Shown here: piece after piece, positions 51,046-64,000 of the stretch | Layout of the letters: every line of letters starts with the position of its first letter | Position numbering within the stretch: the stretch's first letter is position 1 | Source: Stegostoma tigrinum | Taxonomy: Eukaryota | Direction: 5' to 3' | DNA: 64,000 nucleotides | NCBI RefSeq assembly: GCF_030684315.1 | Contig: NC_081375.1 | Span: 37,554,068 to 37,618,067, forward strand | Program-made: the position numbers and the translations under genes | The notes under the pieces: generated by a model | Databases searched by the model: none | Seen by the model: only the letters and a program-made list of their open reading frames with translations | Told to the model about the DNA's origin: nothing

Positions 51046-52317
51046 GTTGAATGGAAGAGTTGTTATCAATGATCCCAACCTGGCTGTTACTGTTCAAAAC
51101 AAAATAATGGCTTTGATCCTTGTTTTGAGTTTATAAACTGCAGTGGAAGGTCTGAGGGCCAGGAACAAAGTGTTTTTGGTTACAATTTTTTTCTCTAAAA
51201 TGTAAACCAGTTTCCAGGATATCATATTTGACTTTTTGCAAAAACTGTTTTTGAGCAAAAGCCTGGTAATTATTGAAGAAAATTTTCTGTAAGTGGATCT
51301 TTCTGGTTTGTCCTGATGGTGTGGAACTACAGCTTGTTGATTGTTAGCAATGACGCAGAGTGCCCAGTATTGGGCTAATTGAGACTGAAGCTCCAAGCTT
51401 CATTTGAATAGGGCTCCTGTGGCAACTGGCGTGCAGATCAGTAATTGTACCTGATCTCTGTGGCTCCTACTAATGAATTAATAATAGTACTATCATTTCA
51501 GTTTGGTTAGAGAGAAAGCATTATAATCCAGACCACAGTTATTCACAATTACAGAATAAACATGTTAAATGTAGTGACCTTTTCAATAGGTAAGGTGAGC
51601 TCATGTTGTCATTTTATTTTTTTAACGAGACTTGAATGTGGACTGGCAAGTGGTTGTTTTTCAAAGTAATGCAGATTGCCTTTTGTTCAGGTAATTAAAT
51701 AAGTTGACTTAAATCCAGTAAAGATCCTCAGCATTTTCAGGCATAAAGTGGGTCTTCTGGCCATGATGTGATTTGGGCCAGTGGCATAGATGCTATGGTG
51801 AAATAATATAGGGAGACACTTGGGTTTGCACAGTGAAGAGCTGTTGAGCTGAGGCTGCTTTTTTTTGAGACTAATTTTCTACTTAGTTTCGTTTAAAGCT
51901 TTGTCTTAAATTATTAGCTTTTGTTTTGAGTGACACTTGATAAGAATGCCAATTCTAAATGTATTTAGAATCATTTGTGGAAAAAATTCAAACAGCCTTG
52001 TCCATGGAAGTAATTCAGAAATAGTTATTGTGGATCTGCTGCCTTGAAAGTATACTTTTTGAAATTTTTATTTTTTAAAAATGAGATTTAGGTCTAGAGC
52101 AAGATGACGACTTTTTGACCAAACAGCATACCTGCAGCTCAACACAGTGCACCAGTTGGAAGATGACAGAATTTAAATCAGATACACTGGACTTCCAGTG
52201 AGAGTTAGGATTAAGCCTTGACTTGACTTGAAGTAGCTTTCTGCATCTGCAACAGTTAGACTTTTGGCACTACTCAGATGCTAACGGTGGTCTTATCATT
52301 TCAACCAAGCTGTGGCT

Positions 52318-52510
52318 GTAAAACAAATTGGAGAAGTTCAGCAAGTCTGCCAGCGTCTGTGGAGAGAAAAAAGTAGTTAAGTCATTATCAAACTCAACAT
52401 TAACTCTGTTTATCTCTCTACAGATGATGCTGCCAGACTTGCCAAGTTTCTTCAGCATTTTGTTTTATTTCAGCATTCCATCATCTGCACTGCTTTTTTG
52501 CTTTTATTTA
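52318..52510. mobile_element. Old fold-back PLE derivative
   Basis: cagcaagtctgccagcgtctgtggagag / ctctctacagatgatgctgccagacttgc inverted; tail on the right. Confidence 0.65.
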
Positions 52511-53169
52511 GGCTGCGGTTCATCCACATAAGATAGTGACCTGATTGATCAATGCCCCATCCCCTAACTTTTTAATGTAAAAATTCACTCCCTCAACAAT
52601 TGGTGCACCTTTGTTGGAGAGTGGTCCATGTACAAGGTGCTCTGTGGCAACTTAGCAAGCCTCTGGAAATGTACAAGGCCAGCAGGTGAATGAAAATGCA
52701 TACATCTGCAAGTTCCTGTCATATTCTGTTTATACCTTAGTTTGAAACTATATCACTGTTCATTCACTCTGGCTAGATGAAAATCCTTGAACTTGCTCCC
52801 AAATGATGTGGGTGTACACATGGACTGCAGTAGTTCCTTTTTCAAAAAAAGGATCTTTTGAAGTGATAAGGTTTGGAAAGATCCCTGGATAAAATGTCGA
52901 TGCTCAGGTTAATGCTCCCATACTGGGGTTAAAACCCCCTCATACTAAGTGGTGATATTTTAATTCATCTAAAGATTTGAAAATAAGAGAGCTTCAAGAA
53001 TGGAGACCACAAACAACTGTCAATTGGGGGTTTTCAAAAATAAACCCATGTAGCTCATTTAACCTGGTTTTCACCACCATCCTTTACCAGGACAACTTTG
53101 TGATTTCAAACCCACATTAATGAGTTGGTTTTTAAGTGCAATCTGAAGTGGCTGAGCAAGCCACTCACT

Positions 53170-55920
53170 TCTATAATTCTGGTAGAGAAGCAGCTATAGG
53201 GCATTAACTGGGTTCACCACTTGGCACCAAGAAAGCTAGCCAACTCAGCACTGATCCTGCAAAATATTTTAGTAACTCCTGGATATTTGTCAAAATTGGA
53301 ATTATCTCTAATCAAGCACCAGGCCAATAAGTGTGCTCGCACCAAATCAAACCTTCTATAGTCAAAGCCATATGCCACCGTCACCACAGATAGCAACAAT
53401 ATGGTGTTTATATGGGAGGGAGTTGCCTGTGGTTTGGTCCATATTGAAGACTCCATAAGGTCTTATGGCATTGAATCAGATGGGGCATTACCATCTAATG
53501 ACTTCTTCCATGGCTGAATCAATGCCGCTCTGTATTGCACACCAATTGGGAGAAGCATTGATGTCAAGGTCATCCAATATACTCTGGTACTTCAATGTCC
53601 ATCAGCAAGAGCAGTTCACTAACTGACACTGACACTAGTTGAGTCCTGCTAGTGAGTATCCAGCAGGGAGATGAGGTGATCAACATTAGAAAAACCTACT
53701 TGACATCCTCTCCAATCTGCCTATCCATACCAGTGGGGGTGGCTACTGCACAGTGCTTCTGGCAGATATTTTCAGAAAGAAGACTTGGACAGATTTTTTA
53801 AATCAGTCTAGCAGCTCGACTCTGGGTATCCATGTGACATTCAGGGCCATTAGCAGCACTATTGTATTCAATCACCATTCGTAACCTCATGGCTAATCTT
53901 CCATCTATTACCGCAAAACTAGGTTGTCAATTCTAGCTCAATGAAGAGTACCAAAGTATGTCAGGACTAGTGGCAGGAATAACTTGTGTGGTCACTTCAG
54001 TGAAGTTACAAGGCAATCTTACCAAAGAATGTGTCCTGTGATACTGAGCTAAGCACCTCCCACAACTGATGGATCAAATCAAAACTCTGCTGTTATGCCA
54101 TGCAGCCATGAATGCAAGTAGAGAGTTAACTATTTAACAGGCAGAGGTGTCACCACAAAAATCCTCCATGATGAGCAAACCCAGTATATTGAGGCTGAAG
54201 CCTTATTACTGCACTCCGCAACTACTTTCAGGCAGAAGACTATATCCACTTCTTGATATCCTCAGCAACATGTGCCAATCGTCTCAACTTGACCTCATCC
54301 ACGTGAGATCAAGAAATGGTTGAAGGCAATAGATGCTGCCAAGCCCACCAACCTGGTAGCAATCCTGAAGACTTGTGCTCCAACACTAGCTGTGCCTTTG
54401 TTACCAATTTGTTCCAGTGTAACTATAATGCTGACAGATGCCACTGTGGAAAATTACCTGGTATCTTCTCTTCAGAGTAGTTGCAATCTGCCAAATTAGC
54501 ACCCCTTTCAGACTAATTCAGACGTTCTGATGGTTCTAAGGTGTTGTCAGCAATGCTGTCAAGCAGCACTTGTTCAGCAATAATTTGCACATTCGTGTTC
54601 TGAGCTCTATCTGAGCCACTTGGCTGCTGCCCTCATTGCAAGTTTTTAGTTCCAATGTGGATAAGTGAGTTGAAGTGAGTGACTGCCCTTTTGGGTTGAG
54701 TGGTGCTTCAGCAAACCTGGAGTCTGGGTTGGTTAGGGGAAATGCTCTTGCTGAATGAAGTTGTCCCTACCTCAAAGATGTGGCTATTGAAGATCAATAG
54801 TATGAGCTCCTGGATACTCTTTGCTTGAGATGTAGATACTTTTGAACAGATCTGTTCAGAGATGTCATCTCTTGCCTCTGAGCATGTGCAGCTTGAACTT
54901 TAGGCTTCCTGCTCCAGTATCTTGCACACTTTAATTACATCTCTTTTGACTTTAATTTCCAAAGGATACAGCCTTACCTTATGTACTCTTCTCATTCCAG
55001 GTATTAGTGCAGCTAGCTTTCTCAGATCCACTTCCAATGCATTACTGTACTTCTGTAGGTACAGTGATCGGTACGATATGCAATGACCTCCCCTCCCTTC
55101 TAAGGTTAGAAATGAAGGCATTTGTTCAATGTTCAGCACCACTCGTGCGCCTCAGTTACTGAAGCAGTCGGAGTCCAAATGCAGCAAGACTTAACTTTTA
55201 AGGCTTGGGTTCATCAGTGACAAGGAACATTTGTGCCACAAGTGCCAGGCACTGACTCTCTCCGAGAGAAAATCTTAACTTCAAAAAAAAGGGGAGATGT
55301 TTTGTAGAAATACCATTGAACCCCATTATCAGTATTAATGTTACCTTTGCTTGGAAACTGAACTGGACAGCCATGTAAATATTGCAGCTCCTGGCAGCTT
55401 TATTTCCCCCACTTTTCTTTAGAACTGTTCAGGCCTATGGATCTCCATTCAAATGCTGGAAGTCGCTGGCACACAGAATGTTGGCTACATGAATGTGTGA
55501 GAGGCTAGGAATTCTCTAGCAAAAACTCTCTGAACTTCCCTTAAAATCTTTGTTAGCAAGGCACATGTCAGGATTGTGATGGAATACTCTCAGCCCCACT
55601 GATATGTGCTAAGCACAATATCTGGAGTAAAACAGCCTGCTTATTTGGCACCCCTCCCCAGCACCTTCAAAATTTGACTGCAAAATGAGCTGCAGCAACT
55701 CGCCCAGGCTATTTTTGACAGCACCACCTTTAATTTCCACTCAGTGCAGCACTGTCATCCTGATTTGGAAATATTACTGTTCTTTCACTGTCATCAGGCT
55801 TTTGTTTATCCCCTGGGCTGCACTGGTTCAAGATACTGATATTACCACCTGCTCCAAAGAGCAGTTAAGAATGGGCAACAAATGCTGGCCTAGCTAATGA
55901 TGTCTGTTCTGTGAATGAGT
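53170..55920 (+). mobile_element. Decayed LINE (EN and RT remnants) with a nested - strand CR1 fragment at ~54840-55080
   Basis: LKTCAP.LA.PL-like codons at ~54365; 3' end gggcaacaaatgctggcctagc...tgaatga. Confidence 0.6.
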
Positions 55921-57679
55921 TAGAAGTAAGTGATAAATGCTGTCGTGCATTCCATAGTGCACAACTTTCTTTTTGTGTAAGATGGATGCAAAGCAAGCTG
56001 TGATGTGTTTCTTTTTGTCATTGGAAACTAGAAGTTTTTAATCAAAAAGCACAATTGATGGAAGAGAATTTTTTAAAAACCTTTTGTCAGACTTTCACCC
56101 CACTTATTGTGCTGCTTGTACGATGGGTGAGTTAACTGTTTGCTGGCTTTCTTGAACTTGGTAGGCAGCTTCTCTGGAAATGAGGGCTGACTGGCTTTCA
56201 CTTTTTGACTGAATTAATGGGCTAAATTACTTTTGCATTCTTATCAATAAAAACGTAACAAAGGCTGATCAGCCACAAAGCCACTGTACTTTTTTCAACA
56301 ATTGTGTTTGTAACTCTGCCAGAGCTTTATTTAACCAAAACCAAATTGAACACAACTATCTGCTAAAGCACCTTTTTTTCAAAAACCTGGGACCGTAAGC
56401 ACGCTTCCTCCATTGCACTCCTCCTATCTGGCTAGCTTTTGATTAGCACAGATTACAAGACAATAATTGCTAGTTATTTTGTTTTTGGCAACTTCATATC
56501 TTGTTTTTTAGGCACCCAAGTGTCTGCATTTTTTTTCTGGTGACTAAGGTTTTTTAGTCCTCTTCTTTTTAATTAAAGAGTATCGAACTTTTTTAAAAAT
56601 TCTGGCCTGTTTTTGAAAGGCTTAAGCTCCCACTATTACAGTAATGTACTACAAATTCCCCCTCATTTGGTTCTAAACTTTTGCCTGTTTTAAGCTTCTT
56701 TGCTTGTCTGGACACTAGTTCAGCATGAGAAATATTCAGCCAACACCTGATTTGTAAGGGACTTGCTTTCTTAAACCCCTAGAATCAATACTAGATGAAT
56801 GATGACCACTCAAGGGAGAAATATAAAGTTGGTGACGTTAAGTTTGGAATTCAAACTTAATTTTCTGTATACTTTCACAGAATCAGAGGCTCTGTGACCC
56901 ACTTGAGTCTGTATCACCAAAATTATACCACCACCTGCACCAGTCCCATCTTCCCAAACTAGGCCCATTTCATTGAATGTTAGGCTAGTATGCCAGCTGT
57001 CGTTGATGACCTGTTGCTGAAAAGACACTTTTTTTCATCCAGCTACAATCTTTCTTTTTAGGTCAGTTCCAAAAACAAAACAGGATTTTCAAAAACGACT
57101 GGTCAGGATCTGGTAATGATTTACCTAAGCTGTTAAGTATAATGAAAAAGCTGTTGAACATTTATGCCACACTGCTTACATTGACATGCACTGCTTTTGT
57201 ACTCTGTTAATGGATTTTGATCATAAAGTAGTTATGCAATTCTTCTATAAACAGCATTATCATTGTTTGGCTTAATTTGGATAATTAATCTCAATAGAAC
57301 TGAATTTTCAAGTCTCTGGAGACAAGTGTTTGTTCTGAAGATCCAGTTTGGCTGCAAGCCAGGATCTGTGTGCATTTTGACAAGTGAGCATGCTGCATAT
57401 TTAAAACTTTGCAAATATCTCTCCTGCATAGCAGAACTCTCTGGTATTTTGTTTATTTTTGAGTCCGACTGCCAATATTCCCATGTTTTTGAATGACTGA
57501 CCACCTCTGTCTGCAGCTTAAGGTATATGGTATGTTCTGCTAGATGAATTTTTAAATGGTTTTCACGTGATACTGCAGTGTAATCTCACTTTAACCATGG
57601 TTGATGTATGTTGACTTCTTGCACTAAATCCCAGCAAGACTATTTTTTTTTTCCTCCCTTTTTTCCTTTCAACTATTTG

Positions 57680-58022
57680 GGAGGCAGCGGTCTAGTGATA
57701 TTACTGCTAGACTGTTAATCCAGGGACCCGTGTCCAAACCTTGCCACAGCAGATGGTAGAACTTTTATTAAATAAATACCTAGATTTAAGAATTTAATCA
57801 TGACCACAAATCCATCGTCAATTGCGTGACGGGAGGAGGGAGGGGAAGAGAAACCCGTCTGGTTCACTAATGCTCTTTAGGGAAAGAAACTACTATCCTC
57901 AACAAGTCTGGCCTACATGTGTCTCCAGATCCACAATATTGACGCAACTGCCCTCTGGGCAATTAGAGGTGGGCAATAAATGCTGCCTGGCCAGTGATGC
58001 CCTCATCCTGTGAATGAATAAA
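57680..58022 (+). mobile_element. tRNA-derived SINE sharing its 3' tail with the 53-56 kb LINE
   Basis: Head ggcagcggtctagtgatatta...ctgttaatccag; tail gggcaataaatgctgcctggccagtgatgcc...tgaatgaataaa. Confidence 0.65.
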
Positions 58023-59015
58023 GGAAAAAAAGTCTTGATGATCAAATGTTGAATGCTGTTGAGACAATATTAGAATGAATACTGTGTGGATAATGTTTTG
58101 AACATCCTTTCTCCCTTACCTGTTGAGTCCTCCATTCGCTGCTGTAGCGCCAGACTAGCATACAAATGGACTAGTCAAGTGCATGGTCGTTTTTTTTAAA
58201 AAAAGACCAAAAGCTATGTGTTTGGACTGAGGAAGAGGTTGTTACACTCTATTTAAATGCTCCAGTAGTGGCTTTATGCAAGTTGACTTTGGAGATGAAG
58301 TTTGGCTGTGCTTCAGCCTCCTTCTCCATGTCAGATGGGAACTTTTTGAAGTGTAAGTAGTGGGAAAACATTTGGATCAGATGCACTACTAAACCCGTGA
58401 AGAATTTTCAATGGCTTTTACTAAGTCACTAACTGCTTTATCAATATTTAGCAGTAAGCAGTAAATAATTCTCTCCAACATGGTTGACTTTTGGAATAGC
58501 AGAGAAAACTGTATTACTCAACGGGTTAAGGTTGATGCAAGGAAGTGTGGTGCAATTAGATGACGTCCACGTTTCATCCTGTGTGGTTCCAAATTTGTGG
58601 AAATGCCAAATGGTCAACTGAGAAGAAAAGACCTGTAATTAAGAAATTCTGGCAGTCACTATTCAGTTCTACAAAATCATTCATGTGTTTCTGGATTCTA
58701 AAACCAAGTTTTTTTCAGGGCAAAGTGTTTCAAAACTTGAATAATACTGATTTTTGAAGCCTTCCAAGCTATTCCCTTTTACTCTATGCTAGTCTGGTGC
58801 TTTGACTGGAGTGGATGGAGAAGGAAATAACACCTCATTTCCTTTTTTAAAGGAGACACATCTTTTAAAAAAAAGACTTTTAAAACTGTAAGCTTTTGTT
58901 TTTTATTAGTTGTGATCCTGTCCATAGGAACTCAAGCCAACATGCTTTCCCAAAAAAAGCAAAAAATAAATTCTCTCAAAGCTCTTAATGTTCCCTATTG
59001 TTTCTCTTGTTTTAG

Positions 59016-59172
59016 ACCTATTCTGGACTCTTCTGTGTGGTCATAAATCCATACAAGAATCTACCTATTTATGCTGAGCAAATTATTGAAATGTACAGGG
59101 GGAAAAAGCGACATGAGATGCCGCCGCACATCTATGCCATCTCTGAAAGTGCCTACAGAAGCATGTTGCAAG
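59016..59172 (+). CDS. myh10: Non-muscle myosin heavy chain IIB, second coding exon (157 nt)
   Basis: ttgttttag|ACC...[53 protein letters not shown]|GTAAGA; phase 0 join to the previous exon; absent from the ORF track. Confidence 0.97.
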
Positions 59173-60199
59173 GTAAGATGCTAAACTGCTCAGGGGAAGA
59201 GAAAATCAACTAAATTTCAGTTTCTTTAAGCATGTAAGGACTTCTTTCCCCTCTTTCCCCCTCAGTAAATGTTGTGAACCTTGAATTTGTTTAGGCATTT
59301 TAGTTGTGCTTTCAGATGTTAAAACAATTTTTATTCTTGTCCTTGAATGATTGATTAGTCATAAGCTGAAATGGGGTGGGGGCAGATGAAGAGAAAGGGT
59401 CTGTAATGATCTATGAATCACTTTTTTTTTGGTACTGCTTTCTTCTGAAAGCTGTTGGATAATACCCCATTTTGTCCTCTTGTGGGCAGGGTGTGGTATG
59501 GAAGAGCACTTTGTGCATAGTTCTATCCAACTGATTTTTAAAAGGTTTGGGATAAGTGTCTGTCTTTTGAAATGTTGCTTTGCTCTAAATGTGTGATAAA
59601 GTGCCACTTTGGCACCTCCTTGTCCTGTGGGTTGGTAATATTAAGGGAACTTTGCATTGGAGATATTCCAGTGGCTCATTTAGACATTGACTTCTGACCC
59701 AACTGGCTCTCAATTGATATCTCCAAGAATTAATGCATTGGTCATTGAACTGTTTCAGAACCTGCTGAGGTTTTGAAAACTCAAAACATCATCAGTTGAA
59801 GGGGCTTGCCAATGTATCTTGCATTGAAAATTTATTTCTACATCCAAGGACTTTTGCACACGTGCAACATGGTGCATTAAAGAGCTATATGAACCAGAAA
59901 GATCACTTGAGCTATTTCAATCTGTAATCAGTGGGAGGCCATCAAGTTGACTTGAGTCCTGGATTACTTTTTTAATTCCGTATAGCTGAAGACAACTGCA
60001 GAAAGACCTGAATTTGTTAATAATCCTTTTAGTGTAGCAATAGTGAGATTATTTCACTTTTCTTGAGGTGGCTTTCTGAGACAGCAAGAGGAATTGGATG
60101 AGGTTAAGGTTGGTTTGAATGTTTGTCCTGATGTATAAGCCTTAACTGTTTTAACTTGCCTGATCACCTTTTTGCAGAAATATACATGTGAATACTGGA

Positions 60200-60880
60200 A
60201 GTCCTGTACTCCCCTCAAAGGGTATACCACTAAGTATATATTGTTTTTCTTGTACCAAAATGCACTACCACCTGCTGCTGTGTATTGAAATTCATCTGCC
60301 AGTCGTCTGCACATTAAGCAACTTCAGAGGGACATTGACAAATTGATTAATGTGATCTCTCAACTTTCTCTTCCTAGTTTAATATCATCTCTACATTTTA
60401 GAGACTTTGCCTTCAACATTCATCTCCAAATCAGGAAAAGCAAGGTTCCTGATACCAATCCCTTGGGAACACCACATTCAGCTCTTTTCCATTCATACCT
60501 GTCTACTGTTTCCTGTCTTCTACCCAACTTATAATCTATGCTGTAAGGACCCATCAGTCCTAAACATTTCCAATTTGTGGTGTAGAATAACATGCGTTTT
60601 GCTTTCGGAAAGTCCAGATATACAGTGAACACCCATGCTACCCTCCTCCACTGCCTGTGTCCCCCTCCAAAGAGCTCCAGTTAAATTGGTCAGACATGAC
60701 CTTCCTTTGACAAAGCCACATTGACTGTCTAGCATGAACTATTTTTCTTGTGTATATTTATCTTGTCCTGTATCATGGTCCCCATCAATTTTATCACTGA
60801 TGCCAAGCTCTCAGGTCTGCAGTTTCCTGGGTTATCCACTGCCCCTTTGTTGAACAAAGGCATCACATTTGTATGCTCCT
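60200..60880 (-). mobile_element. Decayed CR1 RT fragment
   Basis: SQCGFVKGRSCLTNL, VYLDFPKA, GVPKGLVSGTLLFLIW. Confidence 0.8.
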
Positions 60881-63800
60881 GCCAAATGTGCACATGCTTT
60901 CAATTAATGCCTTTGCAATTGGCTCCCTTACTACCTCCAATGCCTATGTATTCTGTTAAGGCTCAACAGCAACTACTGTTTGGAGTGGTGCCAGCCTTTT
61001 AGCACTACTCTGCTCAGTTGCTCAACACTCTCATTTTCTACTGGGCCATTGTTACCATCTTTTTCTAATTGCTTAAACAGAAGCAAAGTACATATTAGCT
61101 CTGCAATACCCTTTTGCTTAATTGAGCGTTATACCCTGCCTGTCACTCATATCTTGCTGTGAGTAAATCTTGAAACATTTTTGTATTAGTATTGCTTGCC
61201 TGCCTCCTGAGCCCAGCAGGCAATTCTAAAATTGTGGTCAGTGCAATTCTCTGCATATTCAGGATTATCCAGAAAATGTCCAGTTGCTAGACACTGTATT
61301 GCAAGCAGTAGCTGGCTGTGTACAATCAGTGCCTTACTTGCTTTGAACAACTGAAGGGACATGCTGTTTGCAGTGTCTTTTGGGGCGGCCTCCATACCTG
61401 GCATCACATTGGCATTGAGGTTAACATACCATGTTACCATATACCACCATGTGTGGAATGTCTTTGGTATTGATAACTATATCCTGTTGGTAGTATTTGC
61501 CATTTTGTTACTATTGCATTGCAGCATGAAATGGCTAGCTTCATCTGTTGCTCCAAGCTTTTGACATACCCTTGCCCTTCCAGGGTAATCTGTGATAGAC
61601 TGGGCACTATTCACCATGCAAATTTAGTGCTGAAAAAGAGCGCTTCAAAAGCATTGTGAAAGATATTGGCTACCTTGATCAGATCATCTTTATTGTATAC
61701 CATAAACTTGGAAGTGCCAAGATGGTCACTCTCAGTCCTGAAAAGTCCATACTCTATCTGCCACTACGTAGGCAGAATGTAAATGCATTGCACTTGTTTC
61801 TACTCAGCAAAATAGTGATGGACATTTGCTGGTTCATAGGTCTGACCATTAGCCTGAGGAAAAACAGTCGACCTACCTGGTTCAAATTTTAAAGCCAGGC
61901 TGTTTGCTGTCAATCAACATTATTGGGTGCATTTGGTATGGGAATGCCTGTACCAAAGAGAATATGCTTACCAACTAACCAATACATTCCCCTCAAGCAG
62001 CATGCATCTCCGTTCTTGCTCAAGAAATGTATTCCTTATGAAATGTTCTGAGTGCAAAATGAAAAGCTTTGACAAAATGCCTCTTTTCTGAGCAGTTTGT
62101 TTGTAAAAATCAAATTCAGTGACTGCAAGTTGAACAGGTTTTCTTTTAAAAAGGTGGGCCCTTGAGATCCCAGGTGATAGTGGCTGCCATACAGTTTGGA
62201 TGATGGTGCAAAAGTTGTGCTACTGCCCTATTTTGCCCTGCCTTCCCTCCCTATGTTCGTACTGAAGGATCATGGCTACTTTCAGTCCTTGAAATGGGGT
62301 ACAATTTGGGGGGGAAAGGTTAGGGAAGCGCTGAACTAAAATTTTTAAAGGCAATGAAAGTAGTGTTGGGAATATTTGTAAACATTTATATTTTGCAGTT
62401 TTAGGCTGTGCACTAAACTTTTTGATTGTTGAAAATGGAGTTCTTTTATCTAATACCAACTGTTTCTAACTCCCTTATCCAGTAGCATCAAGATTGTCAA
62501 ACCTTTTATAGACCAGCTTTGTGATAAGTCTGTGTCTCCACTGAAGCGAGAATTAGGATTGTTTTGAAGTTTCAAGTCTGGAAGTTATCTTTTTTATCCA
62601 AAAGATTATTGAAGAATATGGAGCCATATGTAAATTGGATTTGATCTACAAATGAGTTGTGCTCTGATTTAATTGGGACAAGCAATTTAGTGTCTTGAAT
62701 GACATGTAATTATAGCTACAGCTCCTCTTGCCCCTGAGTTCAGAAGAGTGCAATGACGGCAGACCCTGAAACCAATCAAGTAGGTCTGCATGTGTGCTTT
62801 CCAAGAGAAATCAGTGAATTGAATTTAAGACCAGGTGTAGTTCTCTAGTCAGCCACACTTGACCTAGTGTTCCTACTTCTGTTGCACCTGGAACCATATA
62901 ACTTCCTTAAAAATGAAATTCCTAAACTGTTGGCTTGGGAGTCAATGCCATGATCCTGGCCACAGACCTTCATTCCTATCAGTAATTTTATTTTCCATAA
63001 TGGTCTGCTGATTTTTAACAAGAGTGGATCTGATGCTGTCATAAATATTTATGAATAACTGAAGTGCATATTCTGAAAGTTAATGATTAAAATTATGCTT
63101 AAAATAGTGCAGATGAGCTGTTGAGTTTGAAATGTTTGAACATTTGTATGTCAGATGTTAGTAATTACAGTTGCAGTGTATCGTCTCTGACCATCTTGGA
63201 CAGGTTCCATATCTGTGGCTGTTGCTGTAAGATTGAACTACTGCACCATATAATGGTTGTTTTGTTTGGGAGTTGTATCAGTGAGTGAGAGCTGACATGA
63301 TTACTGGAGGTCCTTTGTTCCCATATGTTTCAAGAAACTGTGCAGAGATAAACCAGGTGGTCTGTTCGGTTGCATTGGCATGCTTGAGGAGTGAGAATGG
63401 GCTTTAACAGACAACTAGCTACATAATGTTTGGATTGTTCTGGTTTTATTGTAAGAGACTAGCTGTTAAGTTTTTACTCTTTGATCCACTCTGCAGTTGG
63501 GTGTGATTCTTGTTTTTTTGCTTGCTGTCTTTTTTACCAGTATGCAGCCGTGCATGCATGCTAATAGCTGATATGCAACTTACACGCAGTTGAACGAAGC
63601 AGTGAGTGTTTTTGCCTTTTAAGTATCAAATTTTGGGAACTGGGAGGAAGGAGGAGTGACAGGTTGCAATTGAAATGCTTCCTGCTTTTAATTTGTTTCT
63701 TTATGGGAATGTGCAGTCATGTGTGTGGATTTCTTTACTCCACACAACATGATTGACTTACTGAATTCCATCAGATTCAAGCTTACTGCAAGTAAGCATG

Positions 63801-64000
63801 CATAGACCAATGCACTCTTCCTTCCCAGCCATTTTTTTTAAGGATCATGGCTGATCGTCATCTACTGTGATTCCTTTCTCACTGTCAATGTCTGTACCTC
63901 CTAAATAAAATGTCACTTGGAGTGAGCTCTGAAATAATACATGACGTACATTTATTGCCATATTAAGGTCAGAATTATCACTCCTTGTGCCTAATGAAAT

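Noticed and set aside
59173-64000. Expected next short myh10 exon (DREDQSILC)
   Set aside because: Not found by eye; presumably beyond the window.

Overview
AT-rich, repeat-dense vertebrate DNA. The repeat complement (CR1 LINEs, HE1/V-SINE, Deu-domain SINE, Penelope-like elements) points to a cartilaginous fish; this is inference. The only host gene I can firmly identify is the 5' part of non-muscle myosin heavy chain IIB (myh10) on the + strand. It has a CpG-enriched CCAAT/GC-box promoter at about 35.7-36.1 kb, a probable non-coding first exon, and coding exons at 47373-47717 and 59016-59172; the gene runs off the window. The rest is mostly degraded LINEs (CR1, L2, Rex/Babar, RTE), SINEs and one solo-LTR-like insert. 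The most striking structure is a set of Penelope-like element (PLE) derivatives. Their termini carry a minimal hammerhead ribozyme core (CUGANGA-stem II-GAAACGUC), and several are fold-back insertions with a one-sided ~35-40 nt tail and 14-16 bp target-site duplications. One is a ~210 bp near-perfect hairpin in myh10 intron 2 with the ribozyme's CUGAUGA box exactly in the loop. Two large inverted duplications at 8.4-12.1 kb sit next to PLE fragments. There are also signs of a divergent, spliced transcript from the myh10 promoter. All alignments were done by eye, so repeat boundaries are approximate.
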